Assembly: GCA_903813345.2 (NCBI GenBank)
Contig: CAIIXF020000001.1
Location: 8,804,001-8,868,000, forward strand
Source of the DNA: Owenia fusiformis
Taxonomy: Eukaryota
Direction of reading: 5' to 3'
DNA length: 64,000 nucleotides
Shown here: in pieces, positions 22,501 through 36,200 of the stretch
Layout of the letters: every line of letters starts with the position of its first letter
Position numbering within the stretch: the stretch's first letter is position 1
Notes under the pieces: generated by a model
What the model was told of the DNA's origin: nothing
Seen by the model: the letters and a program-made list of their open reading frames with translations, nothing else
Databases searched by the model: none
Program-made: the position numbers and the translations under genes

Positions 22501-25500
22501 ACCCAGATCCACCAGTGGGCACGTTAGTGCATCTTCATTCTTCAACTATAAAGGTTGGAATAACCGAAGTCTCATAAATCAATATGGTGTCAGTATTATA
22601 ATGCAACTATTTGTATTTCAATATATCCAGATTTTAACAGATCAATTTAAACTGATACTTTCAAGTTTCCTTTCCAATAATTGTAACAATAATAGTAAAT
22701 GTGTGCATAACTTTTGGAACCAAATTGTGGGTGTATGCTGCATTTAGTTCATTACTCATGGTATGTTGAATATTTGAAATGTATCCATCTTGATATGTTC
22801 ATGATTTGTAACACAGAATTAGGAAATTTTCCAGAACTGGTTCTTGTTGTTACATAGCCACATACTGTCGCAATTAATTGTAGACATTATCATTCCATTG
22901 AAGCCTATCAGTCTGGCACATCATCTCTTGATTTTCTAATCAACATCTCTAGTTCCCAATATGGCCCTTCAACAAAACTACTCAATGTTTCCACCAAAGG
23001 ATTCTAATTCAAGAATCAGACACAACCCACACCATCTTGGACAACTCTATACCACAAAGGGTATATATTGCACTATAACAATATTTCAAGAGCAAACAAC
23101 ACCATGTGACAGACATTGTGATAGCACTCAGTAAAACAAATTATTTATAAAGGGCCATGTGTGGAAAGAGCTCATCAAGGGCCCCTGTGGTAAATGAGCG
23201 GATGGCTTTAATTTGGACAACTAACACCAGGTGTGGAGGCCATCTTTGTGCCAGATTTTAAGAAATTGAATCCAAATACTAGAAATTCAACCAAGGTCAA
23301 CACTAGTATAAAGGGAGACAATCAGTTTCATTTAATACATCTTTTCTGAATAGATACATTTATAATGCAGTACTATAATTCTATGTAATTGTCCAATAGA
23401 TTAAAAAACATGAATAATAGCTCCCAATATAAACATCTCAATGAGTACCAAAATTGTAGCTTCTAATGCATCTTGAAACATTTTAATTCTACTCTAGTTC
23501 TTCATTAGATAATTTTAGAACAGAACAGCCCAAGATGAAGATTACTTCAACATTATTTGAACACATATGGTATTGAATGCTGAACTGTGGAACTTATGAC
23601 TCTTCCTAAATATCAAATATTCAGTCTATATATTAACATTTTAAGACACAGAAGTCAAGAAATCAATGATGATGAAGTTAATCAAAATGTTGATTTCTGC
23701 CTGTGTATAAGTGACTTATCTGACATGTTACATGAAAACATGATATTAGATGTGACTTTTAGCCATATCAAATAATTCGGCTAGATGTGCTAATCAAGCT
23801 CACATTTAGGATTTATTAGCAGAGTTCTGACATTCTTGATTTTACATGATTCAATTTATCACTCAGTTAGCCCTGATCTTTGGCACCAGGATAAATATAA
23901 TCAGACATTTCAACAGGTTCTGGAAAAACTCTGACTAATAAGGGAATCAACTTGGTTCTTTCCTCTCTAGTCATAATGTTTTAAAGAAGCTCTGGGCAAC
24001 AAAATGCCACCTCTGTAAAATGCCACCAAGGTAACTGCCATTAGTAATTGTGCTCCATAGTCATTCATTTATCAACATACAGTACATGATTTATTTTTGC
24101 AAGAATGCCAAAATTCAAAGTGTCCTGGTGCTCTTTCAAATTTTAAATATAATTTTCTGTAACTGTTCAAGACAAAGAAATTCAATTCAATACCACAATC
24201 CCTCCATCCCATCTCATCAAGCCATATGAACAGTTCTGTGACAAAGCACTTGATGTTTTAACATTGTTTCATGTATTCTACCACATATGCATAACAGAAG
24301 AGAATTTTCTTGGGAAATATAGGCCTCTTGCATGCACTGGCAGAATGATTTAACATGTTTTGTATTAGAGAACATCCACAGACAGGTTCCAGAAACTGCA
24401 ATATTGTAGAATATTCATCAGTCACAATGAATGTGTCACCTATTGCAATATAGTGGTATGTTCTGGTATTCTCAAAGGGGGTCATGTTACCATATCATCA
24501 TTTACTGCAAAGAAAGCTGAATAATTAACCCTATTACAAATACAACCATGCAAATCATGACATTGTAGAAAAAGCCATAATTGCTTAAGATGGTGGTAAT
24601 GTACCCTAATAGTAAACAATATGTTATTGTCTGTTCTGACTCTAAGGGGCCAAAATAGATGACATAATCTTCAGAAATAGCACACTAACCCTGGATCATG
24701 AGAGCACAATTCTTGAACTTGATAACTTGGTGAAACACTGAAGTTGAAGGCTAAGATGCTGAAGAAATATAGAGATAAATTTGAACAAAGTGGGTGGTAT
24801 TTTGCTGCATTGAAGATGAGTGGACTAAGTACTAAGGCCTTATTATACCTTTTATAAAAACTTTGACTATTCTCTTTTCCAGAATGCACATAGTTATCTT
24901 ATCCATAATTTCACCCCTAATTCCAATTATTACTGACATCTATTTCAGATTTACGCTCCCATGAAAGCTTCTCTGAGATTATTAAAGCTGAAGACTCCAA
25001 GATACAGCATCAATGTGCCTCAATATTGAGAGAATCATAGCTCAATGAACACACAACTGGCCATTTAGCAGGTACAACCCCTGTGCCGAAACATCATCTT
25101 GAAAAAATATTTATATAAATACCAAATCTTCAGTTTACATAGATTCTGTAATATTTGCTGTTAGGCACAACTTCCTGATAGAAGGACAAATGTGTTTTTC
25201 TTCAACATAAAACTGACCAATAATCCTGAGGGTAAAACAAATCCAAACAAATCCAGTTTTATCTCCTAGTAATCTGATCATACTGTCTCTATGGTTCTTT
25301 CCCATAGCTCTGATCTTTTCAGATATATGGAATGCACTTGTGATCCCAAATGCAGCACCAAAGTTATCAAAAACACTGTAGGAGATGAAGTTGATATTTT
25401 CAAAAATGAAATAACTTATCTGACATGCTGGGAGGAAAAATGAGAGCTATGGTAATAAATAACATGTTGATATAGGGCTCTATTTCCATTATCAAAATTA

Positions 25501-25860
25501 ATATGATCCTAAAAAATAAACTAATGATCTGCTTAAAAATGCCAAAGAGTCTAAGTGAAGGCATCATGGCAGATATACCACAGTATTAGCATCGTTCCGG
25601 CCCAAGGTCCAATATTTCACTATCTTGCTCGAAGAAATGACGTTATTAGTATTATTACCAACGTTTACAGGGCTGAAATAGCAATGAACTGCCACTGAAC
25701 AAAAAATTATACGTACTAAATGACATATAATTTCTCGGGGAACATTGGTGGGCTGAAATAACATTATTGGCCCACCACTATGACCTCACATATTGCTCAG
25801 GTCAATATAGTAAAATAAACTAGCACTAATACCCCTAGAACAGGCCCGGCAAGGTGATAA

Positions 25861-26244
25861 TAATCTTAATTTACGTCATTAAATAATCACAATTCAGTCA
25901 AAGTGATGTCATATTTGAAATCTACATGTAAAAGTACATCTGGTAATATGGTTTTGAAAACTGTTTCTCAACTTTGAAAATCTAATTTTTTTAAAAATGT
26001 GCATTTTTGTTCGGGGAGATTCCCCATAGACCCCATGTTACGAAATCAAAAGTGAAATATCTTTTCTTGTATTGGACAAATAACATTCTCTTTTAATGGA
26101 GATATTCTAATTTGGATGACTATTAGATATATACAAGGGTGATATGAAAATTAATGTAATTAGGGAACTTTCTACTATACCCTCCATGCTATCTGACCCG
26201 AACAAGCCACCTGGTGGTGAAACGTAACTACCTACTCGCATCTG
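25861..26244 (-). mobile_element. Diverged inverted copy of the MITE at 55991-56376
   Basis: Shares CTACCTACTCGCATCTG, GGGGAGATT.CCCATAGAC.CCATG and TTTACGTCATTAAA blocks in reverse orientation. Confidence 0.7.
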
Positions 26245-26500
26245 CATTATTGGAAGGTTGCAATTTTGGATATGTAAAAATAAACAGTACGGACCTGGCT
26301 AATATATTTGATTAAAACAATTTGAGTGTGATAAATAAAAATTCTCTGTTAATTTATTTATTTTTTAAAATTCATTTTATTGTTATGATTGTTTGAGGTT
26401 GTACACTGTAGCTTGGTACTGTGTCTAGATGTGAGTTTGGTACTGTGTCTAGATGTGAGTTTGTGGTTAGGTTCAGGATGTTGGTATGCTGGCATAATGG

Positions 26501-27338
26501 TAGAGCTCTGATCATTTGTCGGAATCGTCGATTGGCGATCAAAATGTCACTTTGACATCGACATCGACATAAGCGTCCAGCCGTCCAAAGTCGACATAGA
26601 ACGACATAGAAATAATACAATGATAAACAAAGAACATACCTTAATTTCCCAACATACTTTTATCACTCTTGTTGAGATAATGGTTGCATTATCTAATAGA
26701 ATTTACAGCGAATTTAAATGAGATAATGGTTGCATTATCTAATAGAATTTACAGCGAATTTAAATGTTGTGTTTTTCCCCCATTTTATTTTTATATTCTT
26801 GTTTCACATCTCGTCTCGTTTTCGATCTCGAGAAGTCGTCTGTAGGGGCCCCTGATCGGAACGGTAAGTCATTTTATTCAATTTCGTTGATATTCTTACA
26901 AAGTTTAAACTAGAATTACAATCCGTGTTAAAGATTACTCCCCAGAGATATTTTATTTCGAAACTTCGTGTGTGGCTTTGGCTTGCATGGCTACTGGGCC
27001 ATTCGAAGTGCTGCAACAGGACGAACCGGATCCACCGGAAGTGTAAGTAGCAGAACAATAACAATGGCGGTTCGCATTCAAAGTTTGTTTATTTACTTCT
27101 CGATCTCTAACATACATATGTATATGCATATTAATCTATAATATCAATATACAGTACATGCGAGGGGTCGGGATAGACAATGTATGCTCATTTTTTACCG
27201 GAAGTAAAATCTAAGTTCGCTATTTTTTATTTTTTTCTTTGCCGATTTTTTGTGGAGATTTAATTCCGACAGTCGATACTGTTGTCGACCTTGGGCTTCG
27301 ACATGTCGACATCAGATTCCATTTCGACCAGAGCTCTA
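26501..27338. mobile_element. hAT-type non-autonomous transposon (838 bp)
   Basis: TIRs TAGAGCTCTG.TC / GA.CAGAGCTCTA. Perfect 8-bp TSD CATAATGG at 26493-26500 and 27339-27346. Subterminal CGACA repeats. Confidence 0.88.
26673..26764. repeat. Perfect 46-bp tandem duplication
   Basis: TGAGATAATGGTTGCATTATCTAATAGAATTTACAGCGAATTTAAA x2. Confidence 0.95.
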
Positions 27339-29006
27339 CATAATGGTAACACTGATTGATGTTCAATAATCAACTTTACGTTATCCACAAGTGCGTGTAT
27401 ACCTGTGATAAAAGTGGTCTCTCTTATTTGACAACAATAAAACCATAATAAAGTGATGTATGCATTTGTAATAAACTCTTGAGTAAGTCATGTTTTCATG
27501 TCCAGCTGACAAAGTCTTACTACTGGATGAGCATAATGTAAAAGTGGTTTTGAAAAGTAGCAAATTTCTCTTTATGTAGGTTTTTTGTGGTTTATTATTC
27601 TACATTGATTCTGAAACTATTGGTGTCTAGTTTTTCAGCGTTTTGGAAATATGCAGATTTATACCCCCCTGGTGTTATTTTAAGGAGGGTCCTAGGAAAG
27701 CCATGTATAATTCCTAGAGTATCCAACCAATCATCTTGAAATTTACAGGTAATCATCTTCTTATCATGTCCTATCATTGTGAGCAGTTTCATCAATATTG
27801 GTTAGCTGGTTGCTATGGTAACAGAAATCACTTGTTAAAAAAGTACACATTTTCGTAAAAATTTAAGACCTACCCTGAGACAAAGCACATAATATTTTCC
27901 TGGAATTGGGAGGAATTAGCATGAAAACATATTAGAAAACTTATTTAGAGTATGGTTGATAATACTAAATCAATTGATGTTTTATTTTAGCCATACAATT
28001 AATTATATTTGCCGATGATAATATGGCTATGCAAAAAAATGTGTAAAAGGGGGCGTGGCACTTTTCCCAAGAAAACTTTATTTGTACCCAAGTTTGTGAA
28101 TAAATATATGACTATTCATTCTGATATTAACAGCTATTAGTATAGTTATGATGTTTAACCATCATGGGAAGTTTCGCTATTGTTGGTCTACTGGTTGTTA
28201 TGGTAACAGAAATCATTTGTTAAAACAGCTGACCATTAAAGGGGTATGGGGTATATTATCTAATTAAGGATATAAACTTTGTCTTCAAATATACATTCAT
28301 GGCTTTGTGAGGTCATCAATGTGATTTTATTTATGTGTGCTTAATTTGCATCTTGGAATGAAGTAAAAACGCATTTTAACAAAATCAAATAAATTATTGT
28401 TTATATTAAATAAATTCATTAATCTCATTCTGGATGATACTAATTTATCACTCACTCACATGCTTACCTATATATTTGTTTCTTTTTAAATCAACCTGAC
28501 ATCTTTATGAAATATACATGTTTGAGTGATTCCCGTCATGCTTAATATCCAGATAGAAAATAATGTTATTCATAAAAATAGTTAATAATTCCTATTTGGT
28601 ATAACAATAATACCAAATTTAGAGCATTAATTAAATGTTGCAATTAGAATTTAGACTTCATTAATGTGATGGCAAATTAAATCTGCATTCCTAGGAATAA
28701 GTTGTATATGCAATGATAAATCAGTTGTTGATATGAGCTTTTGTTGTCAATGTTATGCTTCAATTACCACAGTTCATGCCTTCTTGATTAGCTGTGCAGA
28801 CCTGATGAAATAGATATACGTTGTGCGGTTAAGCTGTGCTACATCTAGATAGAGGTGAGTGATTGTGGACAGGTGAGTGATTTTAGTCAGGTGAGTGATT
28901 TTGGACAGTGGTTCCAAACAGTGCGGTGTGGTTGCCTAACTGATTACGGGGCAGTTGCGAGTGATTTTGGACAGTGGTTCCAGACAGTGCGGTGCGGTTG
29001 CGTAAC

Positions 29007-29526
29007 TGTGTTTATCCCATACTTGGACGTGTTACAGGTACATAAAGCCGGTTTGTAAAAACTTATATTTTCACCAGCGGGCAGATATAGCTTTACGTCC
29101 CGCTCCGAGCGGGCAGATATAGTATATCTGCCCGCTACGTCATAATCGCCGCTCGCATATTTGTTCATAATTTGTAACGTTCGCGTAATGACTGTAAACG
29201 ACAATGGAGAAAACACGGACAATCGGGATCTGTTTGATGGTTTAAAAAGGGAAGGAGCATCCTCTTAATCAATCAAAAATTCGAGAAAATAAATGTGGGA
29301 ATATTTGAGAGAACAGGAAATCCGCCCACGGCCGAACAATGTGAACCAGATGATCAAGATTGGTATGGGATAAACATATTATCCTATAGTCGGTTCAGGG
29401 TATTGGGATTATCCCTTGGCCAATATAATATATTTTCCCTCGGGACCTGCGGCCCTCGGGCAAATATATTATATTTGCCTCGGGATAATCCCAATATCCT
29501 GAACCTCATATAGGATAATCTCTATA
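29007..29526 (-). mobile_element. Hairpin-type non-autonomous DNA element nested in the long-TIR element
   Basis: Inverted pair TGTTTATCCCATAC / GTATGGGATAAACA followed by a ~140-bp palindrome ending CTCTATA. Same architecture as 55124-55765 in reverse orientation. Confidence 0.65.
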
Positions 29527-29863
29527 GATGCAGAGGCATTCTTTATTTTCTTTATTTTATAATTTTAGGGTGAAGTCAAGGTAGGTGATCTAATACACAA
29601 TGTTTATGTGTGCTGCATACAGATAAAGTTTAGTGACTCTGTGTTAATAGATTGAGTGATTTTGGACAGTGGTTCTAGATAGTGTGCTGCGGTTGCAGTT
29701 GTGCTATATACACAGTTATTCCTTATTTTTTACTTCACCATCGTTTAGTTTCCATTATTGCATCGTGGGGTGTTGCCCTTCCAATATATATACTTTTTTC
29801 CATATATCATGCAACTGAGTAGAACCATGTAAATTAATGTATTAGTGTTGTTACGTGTATATC

Positions 29864-30410
29864 ATGTCCGAGAGAAGTTTGAGGAAAAGATCCTCTGCTC
29901 TAGCAATTGGTGAAGAATGTCATAGTAAGAAATTACGCCAAAGCAACCTTTTTGAACAAAACAAGTGCCTCTTTTGTGAAAAAGATCTGAAATATCTCAA
30001 AGGAAACACAAAAGAATCATTAACAAAATGCCAAACAGACAACGCTTCATCATCAATAATAAATGCAGTGAAAGCCAAAAAAGACTGGACTTTATGCAAA
30101 AATAGGAGGACGCTGTTTGATATCAGCAGAAGCTTGGTACCATAATACCTGTAGAAGAAATTACTTGTGCAAGAAAGTACGAACGATAAATGAAGAGGAA
30201 AAGGTTTTAATAACATCATTTGACTTCATATGTAAGCATATAGATGAACATGTCCTTCAAACCGATGGAGTTGAAACACTTGAACATGTCCATGAGCTGT
30301 ATCAGGCACATATGAAGGAAAACAATCTGAGTGACTATAACCCCAAATATAAACAGCTCTTCCTGAAGAACAAACTTTCTGTTCGCTATAAAGATGACCT
30401 TTGTTGCAAT
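29864..30410 (+). pseudogene. Truncated, frameshifted transposase N-terminus
   Basis: ORFs 29855..30145 and 30117..30485 join by a frameshift into MSERSLRKR...KCLFCEK...ISAEAWYHNTCRRNYL. Confidence 0.6.
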
Positions 30411-30575
30411 CTACTCTTTATTGCCTTTCATTTGAGTATTATAAATTTCTGTTTTCCTGAAAAACACAGAATATATGTGAAATAGATAGATGTTGCGAAT
30501 ATAAATATATAAATTATATATAATAATATAAATTTCAAACAATAATATTAATTACTTTGGTTTAGAATGAAAAAT

Positions 30576-30727
30576 TTATGATTTTTGCGAAAAAGTCCCG
30601 TCATTTTTAAAGCGGCGGCCATCTTGAAAATTTTTTTTTTGCGTAAAACTATTCATCAATATACATCTTTCCACCAAATATGAAGAAAATCCGTCAACTA
30701 ATATTTGAGTTATCTTCCGGACGGACG

Positions 30728-30758
<31 letters not shown>

Positions 30759-30914
30759 GGACGGACGGACGGACGGACGGACGGACGGACGGACGGACGG
30801 ACGGACGGACGGACGGACGGACGGACGGACGGACGGACGGACGGACGGACGGACGGACGGACGGACGGAGGGCTTAACTATGTCCCTACCGAACTTCGTT
30901 CGTTGGGATAATAA
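30576..30914 (-). mobile_element. Helentron-associated (HINE/DINE-1-like) element with (CGTC)n microsatellite, truncated
   Basis: Minus-strand 5' end TTATTATCCCAACGAACGAAGTTCGGTAGGGAC, then (CGTC)n at ~30717-30868 and AAGATGGCCGCC motifs. Similar to the start of the element at 57368. Confidence 0.75.
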
Positions 30915-32859
30915 TGTAGATATCAAGGAAAACTGACATTATTTTTTCACTTTGAACACAAATAAAGAATTCTTAGGAAATTGTGCCATGGCCCCTTTCT
31001 AACTTTTTTGCAAAGCCAGTTTACCATCAGCAAGTAGAATTCTTTGTATGGCTAAGATAAAGCATCAATTGATTTAATTTTATGAAACATACTCTAAATA
31101 AATTTTCTAAAATGTTCTCATCCTGACTGTCATAAAAATATTATGTGTTTTGTGTCAAGGTATGTCTTAGATTTTTAAGAAAATACAATCTTTTTTAACA
31201 AATGATTTCTGTTACCATAACAACCAGCAGACCAACAATAGTGAAACTTCCCATGATGGTTAAACATCATAACTATACTAATATCTGTTAATATCAGAAT
31301 GAATAGTCATATATTTATTCACAAACTTGGGTACAAATAAAGTTTTCTTGGGAAAAGTGCCACGCCCCCTTTTACACATTTTTGCATAGCCATATTATCA
31401 TTGGCAATTATAATTAATTGTATGGCTAAAATAAAACATCAATTGATTTAGTATTATCAACCATACACTAAATAAGTTTTCTAATATGTTTTCATGCTAA
31501 TTCCTCCCAATTCCAGGAAAATATTATGTGCTCTGCTCAGGGTAGGTCTTAAATTTTTACGAAAATGTGTACTTTTTTAACAAGTGATTTCTGTTACCAT
31601 AGCAACCAGTTAACCAATATTGATGAAACTGCTCACAATGATAGGACATGATAAGAAGATGGTTACCTGTAAATTTCAAGATGATTGGTTGGATACTCTA
31701 GGAATTATACATGGCTTTCCTAGGACCCCTCTTAAAATAACACCAGGGGGGTATAAATCTGCATATTTCCAAAACGCTGAAAAACTAGACACCAATAGTT
31801 TCAGAATCAATGTAGAATAATAAACCACAAAAAACCTACATAAAGAGAAATTTGCTACTTTTCAAAACCACTTTTACATTATGCTCATCCAGTACCAAGA
31901 CATTATTGTGAAACTACATGTGGAGGTATCAAAGTCCAGGGGAAAAGTAGTATTTAGCTCAATCAAGAATAGGTATATTAGAAAGAGACTTTCTATATTG
32001 AGCTATTGCTTCTTTCCCTTGGCCCATGGGAGGTGTGGTATATGTGTAATGAAGATATGTTACACGATTAATAAAAAAAGTTTTTCAGTACAGCATGAAA
32101 ATGGTTAAATGTCTCTTAATCAGTTCAGATTTGAATTTTTGATTTTGAATTTTTTCTAAATAGTGCAGTTTTCACTTACCTGTTTATGAAATGGTTGGAA
32201 CCTGGTTCTGCTTAAGTTGGATGGAAGACTTCTACTTGTAGAAAGCAGCTGTATATGGATACGTTTTTCTGGCAAGGTTCTCTCTAAAAACACAAACATA
32301 CCCCTTGTTTATCATAACATTTCTACTTAAATAGTCCAAAAGATAAAAATAACATAAACGTTTATAAACACTTGAAAAATCTTGTGTTGACCTGTAATGG
32401 AATGTAACAAAAAGCAATGTTATATCAGAGTTCACAACAAGCAAAGAACTATGAAATTAAAGTTGAATGAAAACCCTGCACATTTGTGTGCTATTACGCT
32501 TAGATTCACCTGTATATTTGCAAAGACTGCATTTGTAGAAGGCCCAGAAGGCACCAATTTTGGATATCAAAGATGTAGCCAAAGTTGAGGTCTTACAAAT
32601 GGTACATGATGAATTCATTTTTTCATGATCTTAATCAGAATTTCTGTACATTTTAATTAATTATGCAGATGAGTTTACATTGTGATAGATAGTAAAGTGA
32701 ATCTGGTATAGTGTGGACAACCAAGCACACGTACCATCCTGAGTCAGCACTCACTAACTAGGATCAACCTCAACACAACCCAATTAACGTGACAAAATTA
32801 TCACATGGAAAGTCATTGCAACTGGTTATAACAAGGCACATGATGTGAACGAGATCACA

Positions 32860-33285
32860 CCATCGAAAAACCTTCAAAATGCCTGGCAGAAAACAAAATG
32901 GCTGCCCAAAAGTTAGTCAGCTCTAGAACTTGATATCCTCTATCATTTGTGCAAATTTGGAGTAAATCCGATGAGCACTTTTCCTGAAATGGCGATGACG
33001 AGATTTGTTGAAAAAACTTCAAGATGGCCACCAGAAAACAAGATAGCCAGCCAAAAGTTAATCAGCTCTAGAACCTATGTTCTTCATCATATGTGCAAAT
33101 TTGGAGAAAATTGATGAGCGGTCTTCCTGAAATCTCAATGACAAAATTTATCAAAAAAGATGGCCACCCAATAGCTAATCAGCTCTAGAACTAGATATTC
33201 AAATTGGATGTGCAAATTTGGAGAAAATTCGATGAGCGCAGTTTTCCTGAAATCGGATTTTTTCGAAAACATTCAAAATGGCTTT
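32860..33285. repeat. Degenerate ~125-bp tandem repeats of HINE-like internal type
   Basis: Three units containing CAGCTCTAGAAC...TGTGCAAATTTGGAG...GATGAGC...TTCCTGAAAT. Confidence 0.6.
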
Positions 33286-36200
33286 TAGTTGACAGAGTTT
33301 AGTTTACTAGCCCTTGGGCTCAAGACTCAGGATGGTAACTGCTGATAACATACAACCTTTCTCAGTATTTGTATGACTGGCATTCCCCAAATATAAACAT
33401 CGACTTCCTGTAAACATGATAAAATTGGTCCCAGTCTAGATGCAGTACTTGATTTTATATAAACAAAATACAAAAACACTTCTTGGTTTTTTTAAATGAT
33501 CCTTTACCCAATATCCCTTAAAACATACAATATACCATCATGAAATACCATGGCCCTCTCTTCTTGCATCAAAGAATGGTATGGAATTTGGTATAGGCCA
33601 CTTTCGATTTCGAATTGGTGGAATTGATGGACGCATCAAAGTCTTTGTAACAAACACGTGTTTTAAACGTCACAAAATTCTCAACGAATTGCATAGCAAC
33701 AGTGTAATAAACAATTTCTGATCACAAAAGTTAATTTCCTTGTAAAATCCTAATTATTCACTTATTTCTAACAGTTCCTATGAATTATCTTATATTTTTC
33801 AAATAAATGAATTCTTATAACATTAGAAATAAACATCTTATAAAATATGGTAAATTTACTAATCCGTAGAAAACGGTAAGAAATTAATTTTTTAAAGTAT
33901 GTCAACTTTTTTACAAGAGTTAACTTTCCGGGAACTTCAACATCGTATGGGAAGCCCCACACCCTTGATCAGTGGGATTGGCATGGAAAATCAGAGCAAC
34001 TAAACACAGACAGGTTTTTAGATGTGATATGTACCAGAATGACAATATACTGTAAAACTTTATATCTGAACACCTCTATAATCTGATCATCTCTTTATTA
34101 TGAACCTTTTTTGAATCTAATTTAGATTACAATTGTTACAAAATGTGAAATGTGAACATAATCAGATGTTGGCACCACTTTGCTCAAATATCTTAAAAAA
34201 TTTAAAGTTGAATAGATTAACATAACAGTTTTTCTGAAGTTTTGATGACAAGATTTAGCAGAGCCTGAGGTACAAAAGTAGAGGTTACAAATGTTAATTG
34301 CAAAAGACAACAATACAACACATTTTCCAAGTATGATAAAAAGAGAACTTCAATCTTATTCCTTAAAAGAAATGATTCATAATATACATCTGAAGACCAT
34401 TCTTGCTATATGAGTACATAGTCACAATTATTACAAAGATGATTACATTTAATACATCATGTCATAAATCTTCAATTGTCGAATGCGCATGTTCTGGAAA
34501 ATATATTTGCGAAATTCGGAAATCGCGAAGAAATGGCTACTGTATTAATAGTAATAAAAATTCCTGGGATCTATCATGCTCTTTTAGCTAAAATTCCATG
34601 GATAATACTGTATGATTAGCAGTCAACAGTATCTCAGTTGTGGTCAAGGGTACAAAAGTATTGGTCAACAGTATATAATTAGTTGTCAACAGTACCTCAG
34701 TAAGCAAAACTTTATCAGAGGCCAACAGTATATTGCAACAGTCAATAGTATACATCAACGTTTACAAAATGTCCGTCTACCATGTTTTTTTCTGTAAACA
34801 TTATGACATCATGAAAATTATTTTTATAAGTAGCGGTCAACAATACCTAGTAGCGGTCAATAGTACACAATGTTGAACGCTTATCAACCAATCAGAATCG
34901 ATTATTTCAGTTGAGGTACTAACAATCAATATTGTTGACTACGATCCAACAAAATCAAATATCAAAACTGAGATATTAACTACAAAATCAATGTTCAATC
35001 ACATAGGGTAACTTTACATGTTCCATGAACAAACTGTTTTAAACTTACACTTTCATGTAACTCCTCCAGTACATCAACAGCTCAGTTGAACAGTAAGAAA
35101 CACTACATGTATGTCCGGTTTAAAATCCTCCTTTTCTTTACTACTACTTTATCTGAGTTTTATATCCTGTTCCTGCCTCGTTCTGTGTTCTTTATTAGCC
35201 TAAGGATGGCTAAAGCCTGGATGTTTCTACACATGTGTGTGTGTAACGTCTATGTACTTCTACCAGAACCAACCAGAGCTGCAGTTGGCATCAGTTTTCA
35301 TCACTTCAACCCTCACAAAGATTCTGAATATCAAGTTTAACTTCAGAATCATTACTCTCATTTATAGAAACAGAATTAGTCATTCATGATAGTTATCAAG
35401 ATCTGTTCAAATCTTTTAAAAATTTCTATTCTACTGGACTGGAAAAATGAACAGAGTTGTATTTCAGGAAAAATGAATGCTTCCTGAAATATGCTTCAAG
35501 GTTATCCTGTTCCTAATAGAACTGCTTCACCAGGTTTATCTCTCAACACCAAAGCTTGACCATCTTGAATTACCTTGCTGTATAGCATACCTGCCAACCA
35601 AAGACCGAAAGTTTTTGTAAAATGAGGTAGTTTTACGGTAGATTTTGAAAAAATCTGACAAAACTAAATCAGATCTATTTTTCAAAATCTGATATCAATA
35701 ATCAGCTAAAATCATAGATAATAGATATCCTCTCTTTCTCTCTACATTTTTGATTTTAATCAAGAATATCATTCACTTGACTATATCCCTCTTATAGAAA
35801 AGAATATTGTATCTATGCTATCAAACAGTAACACGTTGCTTCTAGATTATAATTTGAGTTCAAATTTCCTATTAAAAAAAGTCTTGCCACCTGATGCAAA
35901 TCAAAGTGATCTCTTTTTTGAATGTACCTTTTAACAATCATTATATCTAATAAAATCTAAATGACAACTCATTTTAAGAAAATTCGAGTTATCACCTTGC
36001 AACATTGTTAATGCAAACCAACTTAAATTCCTTCATATACTGTAACTGTAATGTAAAATATACAAACATTAAAAATGTCAAAGACTAAAATCCTCTGTTC
36101 ACTAAAATTCATATTAGATGATATGGGGTCATGCCAACATACCAATTGGATCATACACATCACATCATTCACAGTTATAAAAAATTACCCTAAAACTACT

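Larger units (their letters stand above)
27521..31894 (+). mobile_element. Long-TIR DNA transposon remnant, probably Academ-like
   Basis: Highly similar ~700-bp inverted arms (27521-~28227 and ~31195-31894). Internal frameshifted ORF relic at ~29864-30410 with CLFC...LISAEAWYHNTCRRNY, resembling the N-terminal AxEAxYHxxC motif of Academ/XPG-CXC-type transposases. Exact termini and TSD are ambiguous. Confidence 0.75.

Noticed and set aside
27064-27090. Gene start ATGGCGGTTCGCATTCAA (MAVRIQ, eIF6-like)
   Set aside because: No downstream eIF6 exons found, and it lies inside a hAT element.
30576-30926. 116-aa ORF with (VRPS)n
   Set aside because: It is the translation of the (CGTC)n microsatellite.
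27595-31820. Duplicated 66-aa ORFs (27595-27795 minus, 31620-31820 plus)
   Set aside because: Chance ORF within the inverted arms of a transposon, with no recognisable domain.
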